This document shows, in pieces, positions 16,795-31,139 of a stretch of 64,000 nucleotides of DNA. The position numbers were made by a program, and so were the translations under genes. The notes under the pieces were generated by a model. That model made no database searches. It was not told the origin of the DNA and saw only the letters and a program-made list of their open reading frames with translations. Position 1 is the first letter of the stretch. Each line of letters starts with the position of its first letter. Source of the stretch: the human T2T-CHM13v2.0 reference genome, Homo sapiens; NCBI RefSeq assembly GCF_009914755.1, contig NC_060939.1, one strand, 5' to 3'.

Positions 16795-18519
16795 TGTTAA
16801 AGTTTCAAAAAGCTCAATGATAGGGCAACAGAGCCACGCTTTTTTCTTGCTCTTTATTGAAAGAGCAAATGTCAAAACAACCAAAATACTGAATTAGCAA
16901 TTCTTAAAACTGCAATTTTACCATTGCATCCTAAGTTGTGAATTACAGTAACAGCCTCCAGAAAAATCAGGTGTTTGGTAAAGCAAGGTGCATAGAGCCA
17001 GATTTTGATACAGGTGCTTTTCCTTTGGTCTTGTTATGACTTTAAATACGCTACATAGCCAGCTGGGAGACATAGGCACCTGCACAGCAATCCCTGCTGG
17101 CTCCAAATGTCCTCGAAGGTGGCGCTCACCAACCAATATGTGGGAATAGAAATGCACCCAGAGACATCTTCACCTGCAGCCTGAGTGTGGGTGATTGATA
17201 GGCTGTTCCCTAGGTGGAACTCAAGCCGTGTAACCTTCAGCACAAGCCTCAATGACGCTGCCATCTCTCACCCTTCATTTAACATCTGTCAGTCAGGGTC
17301 TAGCCCAGAAAAGGGGCACTTCCTGCAGGGATATACACCAGAAGGGTTTTTAATGCTGGGGGCAGAGCCCAGAGGCCAGATGGGAGATGCTGAGGCAGCC
17401 AGGAGATGAACTGCAGCTTCGGGAAGCAGCTCCAGCCCAGGGCTGCCGGCCTAAGCCTCAAGCCTGCTGGTCTCTGAGTGGCAGGCCTGTCCACTTGGGA
17501 GTCACTGGGTCCAGGTACTGCCAGACATGCTGCTGCAGCAGAGAAAATACAGGCCACCTTGTTCACCCCACATCGCCTGCGGAGGGACCTGCTGGAAGGG
17601 CAGACCCAGGAGGCTGGGAAGGGATCCTGGGAGAGTCGGGGGCTGGGAGGTCTATGACACACACCTACCCCATTCAACATTCAAAACTGCCTGGTTCCAT
17701 ATGCATATCACGCTTCCGTGCCCCCTACACTGCCTAGCCCACTGTAGGGCTTTCTGGGGTGCACTGGGTGATAGAGGAGCTTTCACACGTGCAACCTTTC
17801 CTCTCTCAGGAGAAAACCTTAATGTCAGACTGAACCAAAACCAATTTGAGCATTGCTATATTTCCAGTGTCCTAAGTAGCCTCTGATCGATTCTCGACCG
17901 CTTTTCATTGAAGAACAATCTTCGATGCCCCATAAATCCTCCCCATGGCCCCACGGCCCAGGCGGGCACCCCAGGCACAGGGAGGAGGCCAATGTGTCTC
18001 CAGCTGCATGGCTGGTAGAGTCAGGGTCCATGTGCAAGCTCCTCGTCCCAGAAGCTGGGCCCCCGGCCTGTCTTGTCCTCTCTCCTGTGTGGATCTGGGA
18101 CCCTGAGGCTCGGGGAGGTTGTCCTGGGTAGCCTCCCTCTGGCCCTGCCCCAGGCCAGGCAGCGAAGGAAGGACCCAGGCAGGCAGGGCCTCCACACACC
18201 CACCTGCCTACCTGAGGCTGGCCTATCTGGCTGCCCTGTGTCCCTCCCCTCCCAGGCTCAGAAGTCATCTCTGGTGGGCTGCCCCCTCCCACTTGGCCCC
18301 AATCATAGCCCCTGCCCACTATAGCCTGGGGCCAACGCTGCAGAACCACAAGCACTGTTTTGCCCAGTATGAAGCACCCCACCGCATCCCCCTTAGGTCA
18401 CGATGTGCCAAGAGCGCTTGCTGCAGGAAAGGGAAGGGCGCCTGCCCTCAGGAGGACTGACAACCATGGCCCGCAGCGCAGAAGGTCAAGGTCAAGCTCA
18501 GGGACCCTCCAGAACTTGC

Positions 18520-18714
18520 CTTTGTTCGTGGCTGATCCGGGGACGTGACGACGACTGTGTTGCAGATGGTGAGTGCGATGAAGAAATCAAAGACGTCAGA
18601 CAGCTCGGGCGAGAGGTGGGCCAGCAGGTGCTCCTGATGCCTCGCCACGGCTAGGCTCTTGTCACACTCACTCACCTTCTCCAGCAGCTTTGGGTCGGGC
18701 GTGATATCCTTCTC
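18520..18714 (-). CDS. ATP10A: ATP10A coding exon 9 ([11 protein letters not shown]...[22 protein letters not shown]), ending at a GC donor
   Basis: Acceptor tcccag|; N-domain [11 protein letters not shown] motif; donor AAG|gcaagt at 18519; 195 nt. Confidence 0.92.
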
Positions 18715-19972
18715 CTGGGAGAAAGGGAGGCTGGCAGTGAGTCCCACCCAGTAGCCTGCCGAGGATCTTGGGGCGTGACTATTTAAGGTACTTTGATTTT
18801 ATTATAAGCTGTAAACAGAACTTCATCTCTCATATACATATATGTCATTTTATAATTGTAAATTACTTACAATTTTAATTGCACAAAATATACAGAGCTT
18901 CTATCCACTTTGTGAAAACCATGCTTCAGCATTGCCCTCTAGTCTTTTCGCTCTACATTTAAATTTCACATAATCAAAATATTTTATATACATATTGGTG
19001 GTTTCCATTTTCTCCAAAACATTATTAATTGTCTGAACTTTTCCAGGCTTTTAAGAATTATTTAAAAACACATTTTAACAACTTGAAAATGGATATGTCA
19101 TCATTTATTTGACCATCCCTTTATCACTGGATATTTAAATTTCTTTCAGTTTTGCTGATGTAAATTACACATTGATAAACTTCCATATGTAGCAATCCTT
19201 GGCTGAATCGCTAAATTGCTAGACGAGAAAGTTTGAATACTTTAAATACTCTTGACTCATACTGAAAAATGCTGTCAGGAAACCTTGTTCCAGTGCAGCC
19301 TCCCTCCTGCCAAGCGTGAGAGCCCCCACTCCCAGGGGCCCTGTAGAAACCCACCAATCAGCGTCCAAAACTCGAAATCAGCCCTATTTAGATGGCAGCT
19401 TCTCTGTGGGTTTAGAAGCACATGAGAGAATGAGGCCACCACAGAGTAAGCAAGGGGGATTCATCCCCTCTGCTGCATTGGTAAAACATTTCAGAAGTGA
19501 AAGGCTCTTTCAGAGGTTATTGCTCACTTCTGCGCCTCTCCGTGCTGGATGATGGTGGTCCATTAATGTCTGGGCGGCTGACAAGGCCAGGCAGAAAGTA
19601 TTTTATGGATTTGGGCTCGTCTAATTAAAACTCCCTTGGGAGGGGTTGGCTTTGCTTTTTAGCGGTTGTCATCTTGTCCTGAGGTTTTATTTGCTTCATT
19701 TGGCAGCACGGGCTTCCTCTTTGTCACCCTTTCTGGGTGACTTGCCAGCAATCAACCAGCCTTAGAAGCCATGCAAAGGGGCCATGTCAGTGTCTTGGAA
19801 AAGACGACAGTGGAGAGAAAGTGTTGGCCAGAAAAGCTTCTGCTGAGTAGAGCCAAGCCGCCCAGCGACAGTGTATTTGTAGGATTAAATATAGACACCT
19901 TCCATGAGCGGGGGATGGTGAAAATGGGGAAGAGACGTGGCAGCACCCTAGCAGGAGGCCCTGTACACTCAC

Positions 19973-20190
19973 CATGGGGCTGCTGAAGGCCGTGTGCTTG
20001 GACAGCATGCTGGCCCTCTTGGCCTCGGCCCGGCTGCCCGTGCGCCGGTGGGACTTGGTGCTCTGGGTTCTGTGCACCACCCGGACACTCTGGTGGCTGC
20101 CGATGCTGCCGCGCTGGGACACCGAGCCCCCTCTGGGCACCACCTCCTCCTCCTCCGAGTCTGCCTCTTGGTACCTGGCCAGACGCTGCG
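19973..20190 (-). CDS. ATP10A: ATP10A coding exon 8 ([21 protein letters not shown]...AFSSPM)
   Basis: Acceptor ccgcag|; donor ATG|gtgagt; 218 nt; phase fits both neighbours. Confidence 0.94.
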
Positions 20191-21954
20191 CTGCGGGGAG
20201 AGGGCGCAGGGTGAGGCATCATGGGGGAAGGCTGGGCGGAGCGGAAAGAAACCATTCAGTGTGTTTTAGGTTCCGTGAGGCTTCCGGCAGGGCAGCCCCA
20301 CAGGATTCACCACCCTTGCTCTCTAATAGCAAGGCACGGAGAACATCCTCAGTCAGCTGCAACCTGGGGAGGTTGATATTCTCAACTCTGTTTCACAGAG
20401 ACTGACTTTCATCTCAGAGAACGTAAGGAGCTTTCTAAGGTCGCACAACTTAGGGGAAGGGGAACGGGTTGACGTCCAGCCGGTCTCTTCAGGTAGAGCC
20501 TAGGTGTACAGGGGGTAGGGTGGCAGGTGGCCGGGAGAGGGAGGCAGGACAGAGGGTGGCAGGCCTTCCAGTCATGCTGGGATGACGGTGCTCACCTGGT
20601 GCTGAGCTCCTTGCCCACATGGACGGTGGCCACCATCTGCTCCTGTCTGGATGAAATGCTATGGCACAGGGGGGCTCACACTCCCAGACTGCACAGCTTG
20701 GACCCCTACAGCTAGGGTTTGGACTCAGCTTTGAAACTCCATCCAAGATGATCTTGACTGTGATGTTGCCCTGCTGAGCAAATTCCCCATGACCTGGTGA
20801 ACGCTGGGCAAATCCCCTTTAGAGGTGCCTGCGCTGTGGCTTCTTGCTAACCCATGGCTCTGAACCAGTTTTCTGGGTTTTGCCCAGGGAGGACAGCTTG
20901 TTTCACCGTGGATGAGCAAAATGGAGACCATTCATGAGGATTACTTATCAGAACAACCGTTTAATCAGAACTTCAAGCACAGGCATGGTGCTGAGTCAAA
21001 GCAGCAGGGGCCTGTCAAGAGGCCGGAGAAGGAGATACTTATGGAGCCGGCCAGCCGCGTGGACCACTGCGCATCTCTTAATAGACCCTCTGTGAGAGAT
21101 GAGAAAAATGGGGATAAAAAAGGGGAAGTCACCTGCCCACCATCACAAGGCTGAGTACTTGCCAATGCCAGGATTCCAACTCAGGGAGATCCTAATTCCA
21201 GGAGCAGATGCCCCGCAAATGCCTCCCCAGCTCTCGGGTGGCATCAGCCCAGTGCACCGGAAGCAAGGATGCACAGAACCTGGACACATGACTCTGTCCA
21301 GCATGAGGTGAGGGGCTGGGCTTCAGCTGCCAAGAAAGTGGACTGGCCCATCCCACCCTCCCCCAGCAGTGGTCCCGCACATCCGGAGCTCCATGGAGCC
21401 ATCCTTCAGGGCCCCCTCCTTCCCTCAGAGGCTGTGGGGGCCACGGCTGGTATGTTGGTGTTCTGAAGCAGTTTCTGATCGGCAGTGGCCCCTGGGATGC
21501 CTTCCATGTCCCCAGGAAAGATGAGGCCCAGGAGCAGGTAATGCCCCCTCCTGGGCATGCACAGCCAGCTAGCTCCAGGTCATCTTGCCAAGCTGTCAGA
21601 GGGGGCACACCCAAGGCTTCCACAGCCGGTTCTGGTACGTGAGCAGGGCTTGGGGCTCAGAGTCCATCTGAACTCCTTTATGAGTGACATCTGGAGAGGT
21701 CAGATCATAAGATAACTGGCTGATGACGCTCCTTGCCTGGGTGCCTGTCAATAGCTAGCTGATCCAGGCACTTCTCTAAAACACGCTGCTGAGATGTATG
21801 TGGTTTCATTCATCACCAGGAAGCTCCCTGTGTCTTGAGGCAAGGAAACCCTCTGGTTTTATGGCAGCATTTGGCAACTGTCAGAATCTTTCTGTAATCT
21901 TAGTTGGGATCCTGCCCCTGGGAGCCTAAGCTTCCAACTTTATTATTATCTTTT

Positions 21955-22222
21955 AAATGTATTATTATTATTAATGGATAAATCAGTACTGTATACATTC
22001 ATGGGGTGCAATGTGATGTTCTGATGTATGTGTACAATGTGGCATGATTAAATCATGCTAATTAACAAATCTGTCACTTTGCTTGCCTATCATGTTTTTA
22101 TGATGAGACAGTTAAAATTTACTCTCTGAGTCGTTTTGAAATGTGTAATACATTTTTATTGCCTCTGGTCACCTGGCTGTGCAACAGATCTCAAAACCTA
22201 TTCCTCGTGTCTATCTGAAACT
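21955..22222 (-). mobile_element. L1MA-type 3' end fragment
   Basis: tacattcatggggtgcaatgtgatgtt...tgtgcaacagatctcaaaaccta, the reverse of an L1MA 3' UTR. Confidence 0.65.
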
Positions 22223-23332
22223 GGGTCTCGGCTTTAAGGGCTGCTGTAGAACCGACTGCCCGGGTCTCTGATCCCCTCAGGACTCTGCTGAGTTCTGTTT
22301 TTGAGAAGAGCACAATGCACTGTGCTGTACCAGGTTTAGCAACTATGGGAGGGGAAGGGGAGGAAGGAGGGAGAGGAGAGGAGGGTAGGAGAAGGGAAAA
22401 AGAGAGGAGAGGGAGGCCGAAGGAGGCTGGTGGGAGGGAGGATGGGTGAGTGGATGGAGTACTGTCACTGATTATCTATTTTGGGTGGCAAATAAAACTT
22501 TAAACAAAGTGGGTAATTTCCTCTGCCTTCTGTTTACTATGACTGCTTTCATTTTGTGTTGAGGAAGACTGTGGCTATCATGATAATCCTTGGTTTTATA
22601 AATCTCACAAAAGTGTCTGGTAAACAACAGATGCTTCCCACCAAATCCTTCTAAAGAGCAGCTTCCTAGTCATGCCCGCTTGAGTTCCCTCTGTCCGGTT
22701 TTAATTTGCTGTTTCTGTAGCATGGACTCTGTTTCTGTCACAGGCAGGAAATGGACCCCAGGCTGCAGTGCAGGGTGCTCACTCCCAGGGCGCTGCAGCC
22801 CCAGGCACAGTGGTGGCGGGGACCCTGGTCCATGCCCTCTCCTGACTGGGGTGGGGCGCTGGCTGCAGTCACACCCTGGGATTCAGAAGCTGGTGTCTCC
22901 CCAGAGACACCAGGTTGGAAGGAGGCAGCCACAGATAAGGAAGGGAGAGGTGGGAGTGGGGACCGCTTCAATAATTGGGAGTGAGGCGATTCATCTTTCC
23001 AGTTCCCAGGAACACTGTTCCAGGGAAGAGAACGAAACATGAATTAGCCAGTGCCCTTCTGAGGATTTTATGACTAGAAAATGGATGGATGACAACAGAG
23101 ACATCTCTCTGTCCCTTGCTGTGGCAGAGCAAGGGGACTGGATGCCTTGGGAGTGAGCTCCTTGCGGGTGGCTTGCCTGATTGCTTAGGCGGATGCCTGG
23201 CACCCCAGACACTGCAGGAACAGGGCGGGCGGCCGTGCCAGTGCCTGTTCTATAAATAGCACTGGGCTTCAGGCACCTGAGCTGCTGTGACAGCCACGTC
23301 TTTATACTTCCTTGAAAATCAGTAATCCCTGA

Positions 23333-23335
<3 letters not shown>

Positions 23336-23375
<40 letters not shown>
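23336..23375 (+). repeat. (GT)20 microsatellite, intron 7
   Basis: Read directly. Confidence 0.97.
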
Positions 23376-23376
<1 letters not shown>

Positions 23377-23446
23377 TCCAAACAATTCTGGATAGGGCAG
23401 CTTTCTGGTTCAGCCTGGGTTGGGAGCCCCGCACCCCCAGACTCAC

Positions 23447-23699
23447 CATTTGCATCATGAGAATATTCTACACCAGACACAGTGCATCTTCGGAAAACCA
23501 TCTTATTCTCTGTCAAAGTGCCAGTTTTATCTGAGAAAATGTACTGTATCTGTCCTAAGTCTTCCGTGATGTTCAGAGCTCGGCACTGCAGCTGCGAGTC
23601 TGTTTCTTCGTCATACAACTGCATGTCCTGGTTAATGAAGTACACTTGGCATGCTTTAACAATTTCAATGGAAACGTATAAGGAAATTGGGATCAAAAC
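23447..23699 (-). CDS. ATP10A: ATP10A coding exon 7 ([12 protein letters not shown]...[15 protein letters not shown]...HDAN), TM4 and phosphorylated Asp
   Basis: PISL and DKTGTLT motifs; acceptor ttccag|; donor ATG|gtgagt; 253 nt. Confidence 0.98.
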
Positions 23700-24855
23700 C
23701 TGGAAGAGACAAGGCACACAGGATGAACGACCGTGAGGACCAGGGAGCTGGGGAATTACTCAAATCTATTTAAATAACAAATGACTACAACCGCAAGAAA
23801 GTAGGGACTATACTGTACCTTTAAGAGAGCTTAAATAGGTTGGTTTAGAGTCAGTATTGGAAAAGTATTAGAGTATTGGCAAAGAGAATAAACTAGGACA
23901 GCTTATGGAGCAGCTGCAGGGCGGGGATCCACTATGGTGTCTGGAAGTATGGTACCCATGGCTTGGATAGAAGCAAGCAAGTTGTGCTTGAGAGAGGCTA
24001 GGACAGGAAAGAGAGAAAAGAGAAAAAAAATCATGGCACAGTCAGTCCTCATAAGCAAGGTCACCTCACACCACACTCCGTGGTGGCATTCGACCCCCAG
24101 GCTTTCCCTGGTCTCCCATTTCCCAGGGATACAACCCCAAGTTCAGGGGGCAGTGCAAACACAACAGACAGTCTTTTTTCAGATGCTGGCCTTGTGATTC
24201 TGTGCTCTTCTTGTACAATGCAGAGGAAAGGGAAAGAGGCTTTGAGAAAAACATTCAGTGATGCCTCCATAATTTAAGAACAATTCTCCTCGAAATTAAT
24301 GTTTGCTTACTCATTTGTTTTTGTAGAGTAACAGTATTGAACTAATGTTTACAGACTCAGAATATCACACACAGACTAACTGGGTACTCCTGGGAACTGA
24401 AGTACGTTAATCAAACACCAGCTACAGTCCTAACTCGAGGCTAGAACAAAATTTGCATTTATTTAGAAAACTAATTTAGACAGTTAAATAAGACTGTTTC
24501 CTGTTGTATGAAGCACATATATGAGACAGCAAAGGTTCCCTCCTAGGCAAAGGCTGAGCCAATGTCCTCTGGTCACTCAGTTCCCAGGAAGGTTGGTAGT
24601 GACCCCACTGCCCCCTCGTCCTCTGGACTCTGGGACCCTCCCCACTCTTTCACAGACCTTTCTGGGCATAGATAGCCAGGCATTGACTGGGAGGTGTCAG
24701 GGAAGCATGCGAATTAATAATAATAGTAACAATAGCAAGTGCAGATAAATGCAATGTGGATAACCTCAACTAAATCCTGGAGAAGAAAAAGCACATTTAT
24801 GGAAGGACTAGTGGGATCTGAAAGAAGGCTATAGTTTTGTTCAAAGCAAAGGACT

Positions 24856-25165
<310 letters not shown>

Positions 25166-25292
25166 AAAGCGAAGGACTAAAGTTGGCTTCTTAGTTTTCA
25201 CAATGTCCCATGACAATGTAATATGTTCACATTAGGGGAAAGTGGGTGAGGGATGCATGGAAACTCTCTGTAAAATTTATTTAGAAAACTAA

Positions 25293-25383
25293 ATTTTATT
25301 TTGGAGTAATTTTAAGATTTACAGAAAAGTTGCAATGACTTTGCAACTTTTCTGTAAACCTTAAAATTATCCCAAAATAAAAT
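25293..25383. repeat. Near-perfect inverted repeat, 43-bp arms with a 5-nt spacer
   Basis: Arms 25293-25335 and 25341-25383 are reverse complements with 3 mismatches. Confidence 0.93.
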
Positions 25384-25679
25384 CTATTTTTTTTAAAAGT
25401 AACTGAAAGGAAAAACAACAAAATGAAAACAGTGACCCAAACCAAACCCTCAAAGCACAAGAACCTTAAGAACAGAAAAGGAGAATTTTAACTTAAAAAT
25501 CACCCAAGGAAAGATCCCATTGGTGATTTAGGCTGAAAAATAAAAGGCAGAACTCCAGGTAGATATATTTGCCATCTTCCTAGATGCAGAATTTATAGGA
25601 AATTCTGAACAGAGTATGATGATTTTAAGTTCTCTTCATAAAAGTAAAGCAATTATTGTACGATACTTAGTATTGTTAC

Positions 25680-25810
25680 CTGCAGAACTATTATCATTGT
25701 TAAAAATGAGTAAACTGCAGCTGTGACTGGGGATAAGGAGCTTCCATCAGACTTGGGGACATAAAATAATGACTTCTTCTCTTGATACCGCCATATCCAC
25801 AGTCCATGTC
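25680..25810 (-). CDS. ATP10A: ATP10A coding exon 6 ([43 protein letters not shown])
   Basis: Acceptor ctacag|; donor CAG|gtaaca; 131 nt; translated by hand, not in the ORF track. Confidence 0.94.
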
Positions 25811-26597
25811 CTGTAGTAATGTTCAAAGAGAAATGTCATTCATCCAATGGAAAAATAAGAATATTGCTAGCGTATATTAAAGCAAAACTTTAATATTTGT
25901 TACCTGATGCAAGCACATTTGGTTTTCTTACTCAGCTTTGCCATGTCAGAAAGCGAAAACACAATGTTCTCAGCACCTTCGATCCAACTTCAGGAAGGAG
26001 GTGGGACCTGGTCTCTTCCTTACACTGAGAGTTTCCCATTGTTGGTGCTAAGTGGCACCACTTGTCCCAACACAGAGCTACCCGCGTGTTGGCAGCTGAC
26101 AGTGTGAGGCGCCAAGACAGAATTTCTTAACACGCATCTCACGAAATACCTGTCTCATGAAATGCGCAGCAAAAAAACAGTCAGTAGGCTCAGACACTGC
26201 CATTATTGTCCTTTCCTGAGATTCACAATTCACATATGGGAGGCTCTGGGAAGCCAACAGTAGTGCACATTGCCTAATCCACTGGACCCACACCTGTCTG
26301 GTCACAGAAGCCTTTTTCATGTCCTGTACATCTGTAACTTATGCCGCTGGGCTGAGACCACATCACACCCACTTGGTGTAGCCCTACATGGAACCTAACT
26401 GCTAGTCCCTTCTTAGGATCCAAAGCCATTTTTTGTTTCTCTTTTCATGAAGTTCCCATTAGTAACATCTGTGCTTCTCCTGCTATTAGCCTTAGTTTAG
26501 CACCAGGTTACTGATACTTCTTCCCCTGGAATTACCACCACCGCTGTGATGAAAGCATTCTTCCACTAAGAAATCGTCAGTTCAGAAAATAACATTA

Positions 26598-27258
26598 CAG
26601 TCAGCTCTCAGTATCTGTGGGTTCCATATCCGTGGATTCAACCAACCATGGACCAAAAATATTAGGAGAAAAAAATTATATCTGTGTGTATTCCCTAAAC
26701 AACACAGTATAACCATTATTTACATGACATTTACATCGTATTAGGCATTATAAGTAACCTAGAGGTGATTTAAAGCAGGGGTCCCTAATCCCCAGGCTGC
26801 AGACTGGTACTGGTCCATGGCCTGTTAGGAACTGGGCGGCACAGCTGGAGGTGAGTGGCAGGTGAGTGAGCATTCCCACCTGAGCCCCGTCTTCCGTCAG
26901 ATCAGCGGCAGCATTCAATTCTCACAGGAGCACGAACCCTATTGTGAATTGTGCATGGGAGGGATCTAGGTTGCACGCTCCTGATGAGAATCTAACTGGT
27001 GCCTGATGATCTGAGGTGAAAGTTTCATCCCTAAACCATATCCTCTGCTACCCCTACATCCGTGGAAAAAATGTCTTCATAAAACCAGTCCTTGGTGCCA
27101 AAAAGGTTGGGGACTGCTGATTTAAAGTATAGAGGAGGGTATAGGTAGGTTATATGCCAATACTATTCCACTTCATGTCAGGGACTTGAGCATCTGAAGA
27201 TTTTGTTATAGAGGGGGAGTCCTGGAACCAACCCCCCATGGATACCGAAGGACAGCTA
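26598..27258. mobile_element. MER2 (Tigger-type MITE) split by a MER1B insertion
   Basis: Ends cagtcagctctcagtatctgtggg ... cccatggataccgaaggacagc with TA flanks. Confidence 0.75.
26776..27119 (+). mobile_element. MER1B (hAT-Charlie MITE)
   Basis: TIRs caggggtccc...ggggactgctg; perfect 8-bp TSD ATTTAAAG at 26768-26775 and 27120-27127. Confidence 0.85.
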
Positions 27259-27360
27259 TACTCTGTCATGCCCATTCACCCAGGCGTTTCCATGTGGCCT
27301 GTGCTGATGCAGGCTGCCCTTGAGTTCAAGTCAGTGAAAAACTGGGGTTTTAATTTTTGA

Positions 27361-27706
<346 letters not shown>

Positions 27707-27739
27707 CCCACTCATTTCCGATCCATCTAGGAGACTTAC

Positions 27740-27871
27740 CGACTGCTGAAAACAGAGACATGCAAACAAGGAGCAGGACACACCAGAGCACGTCGCAGTT
27801 CATCTGCCTCTCCAGCTTGCTGCGCTTGTAGCGGGGCCCACTGTTGTTCAGCAGAGCCTTGGTTTCATGTC
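27740..27871 (-). CDS. ATP10A: ATP10A coding exon 5 ([43 protein letters not shown]), TM3
   Basis: Acceptor cgacag|; donor TCG|gtaagt; 132 nt, symmetric phase 1. Confidence 0.96.
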
Positions 27872-28147
27872 CTGTCGGGGAGGACAAAGAGACATGGCAA
27901 GTCAGAGACTGGAGCTAAGGGACCAGCTGCATGGATGGCGTGGAGGGAATTCCATGCTGCCATTCAGTGGTGCTTAGGTGAGAAGCTTGGTCAAAAAAGC
28001 AGGGTTTAAAATTAATCTTACTTCCTGTTGAACAGGTCTGAAAATAAATAAAATAAAATGAAATTAATCTTATACATATATAATGACTGTGGAGAACGAA
28101 ATGGAAAGAAATACACTACCGTGCCAAGAAAGAAGGCTTTGGGTTGA

Positions 28148-28531
<384 letters not shown>

Positions 28532-28558
28532 ATGCTACTCTTAGAAAACGGTGAGGGA

Positions 28559-29058
<500 letters not shown>

Positions 29059-30869
29059 CTGTAGAGGGACAGTTGGCACATGTCACGTGGTTGCAGGCCT
29101 GTGCCTCATGTCTGGAGCCGCAATGCCTTGAGGAAGGAAGGCCCTGACACAATGAAAGCTTGGGGCCGCTGGGATCTGGACTGGGAAGGGTACAGGGGGC
29201 CCCCGAGAGTGGGTGGCTCGCCCTGTGGGTCTCTGCAAGAGCTGAGACAGAACTGCTGTTCACCAGTCACTAGGCATCCAGAAGCAGCTCTAGAGCCTGG
29301 TGTTTATGTGTTTTGCAGATAGACTTGTTTTCACTCCGGGACTGATCACCACTAGGAAGGGCAAACTCCCAACCGGCCAAGGAAGGCCTTGCTACGTGGT
29401 CTCTGTACATCTCCTGCTCAACACAGGAAATGTTACTCCTAATCAGTCTCAAGTTGTCATAAAAATACAAACATCTTTCTACAAAAGGGGACGATATTGG
29501 TTTCATTTTTAACATCCTTTTCTCTTACAAGAAGTTATAAAGTTATTAGAAGTATTAATATATGTGGTCTGAAATGTGGTAAATTCCATGAAACAATTCT
29601 ATAAATTCTGTTTTACTGCTATTTAGATCCAGAGGGATAGTCTAAGCTTAAGCTACTGGTTTTCAAACTTGTCCTCCGGGCCCACTGATGACCCAGGCTG
29701 GCTGGGCAGTCTTGGGCTAGGACCGCCCTGGGACAGATATGGCCCCAGGGGCCAGAGCACAGGTCACAGGGGGAGGCCTCATAACCGGAACTGTAACCCA
29801 GGCCTGCTGTGGTTCCAGGTTTCCAGAACAACAGCAGGGGCCCAGCCTAACCCATGCCAGGCAGGGCCACCAAGGGAGTGCCTTCCGAGAGGCTACCTTT
29901 TCACACCCACACCCCCTCTCCGCACGCATTCCCCACACTCTCAAGCCCACATGCTTCCTGTATGGCTCTTAGCGTCTCACCAGGGACCCCTGCAGGGGTT
30001 TCCCTCCTGCCAACTATTAGCCTTCTGACCAGGGAAATAAACCTATGTCCTAGTGAAGAAGAGAAGCTAAACAGTAAAGGCAAGGCTGAAATGCAAGCTG
30101 GGAGGATATATTTTCCACAAGTCAGTTATTTACCAACAGCAAGGGTTCTTCGCCAGAGCAGACACAGTGGGGCCACACAAGGGCCGTTCAGCCAACGCCG
30201 TGTCTACTGCTCCCTTGGCAATGCCAAGACGGAGTAAGGTTTTCCTTTAAAGAGAGATTCGAGACGGCAAACCACTTTGCCAGCCACAGCATCAAAAGCC
30301 TGGCAGGTATGAGATATCCTTAGGTACAAAACCCTGCTCTGCGCTTGTGGAGTGAGGACACCCCCTATCACGTGTCTCCCGTGGACTTCTCCAGCGAAAG
30401 CCAGACAAAGACACCATTGCACTGGGACAGTAGAAAATAACAAATCGTCTCCAAGTTCAGGTTATGCTTATTAAGGACAAACGATAAACTTTATAGAAAC
30501 AAGAAAAATGTTCTACATTAAATGTTCTTCATTGTGACACTGACTTTTGAGCAACTACTGTGATTTCTGATGAGTCCAAGCCAGACGGCAACTTGGCACC
30601 TTACACAGGTGCATCGACCTATACAGGTCCATGCCAGAAGGAAGAGCGAATGCGAGGGGATGGGAACGTACTCCTGCGTGAACAGCCCACAACACAAAGG
30701 GGAGGCTGGAGAACGACATCACCATCAGGTGCCTGGTACCTGGGCTAGAGGCTGCCTTGGGCTTCTGAGAGAGAGAGGCCCGGCCGAGGGTGACACAGGC
30801 CCAGAAGCACACAGGCACGAGGCTCAACTCCACAAAGACACACACAAGAACGTGAGCCGTCAGCTCCGT

Positions 30870-31139
<270 letters not shown>

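Noticed and set aside
20183-20196. Tandem acceptor CAG|CGCAG at exon 8
   Set aside because: The alternative AG 5 nt downstream would shift the frame, and nothing in the sequence supports its use.
22348-22445. Polypurine G/A-rich tract (possible H-DNA or G4)
   Set aside because: Common low-complexity sequence without clear mirror symmetry.
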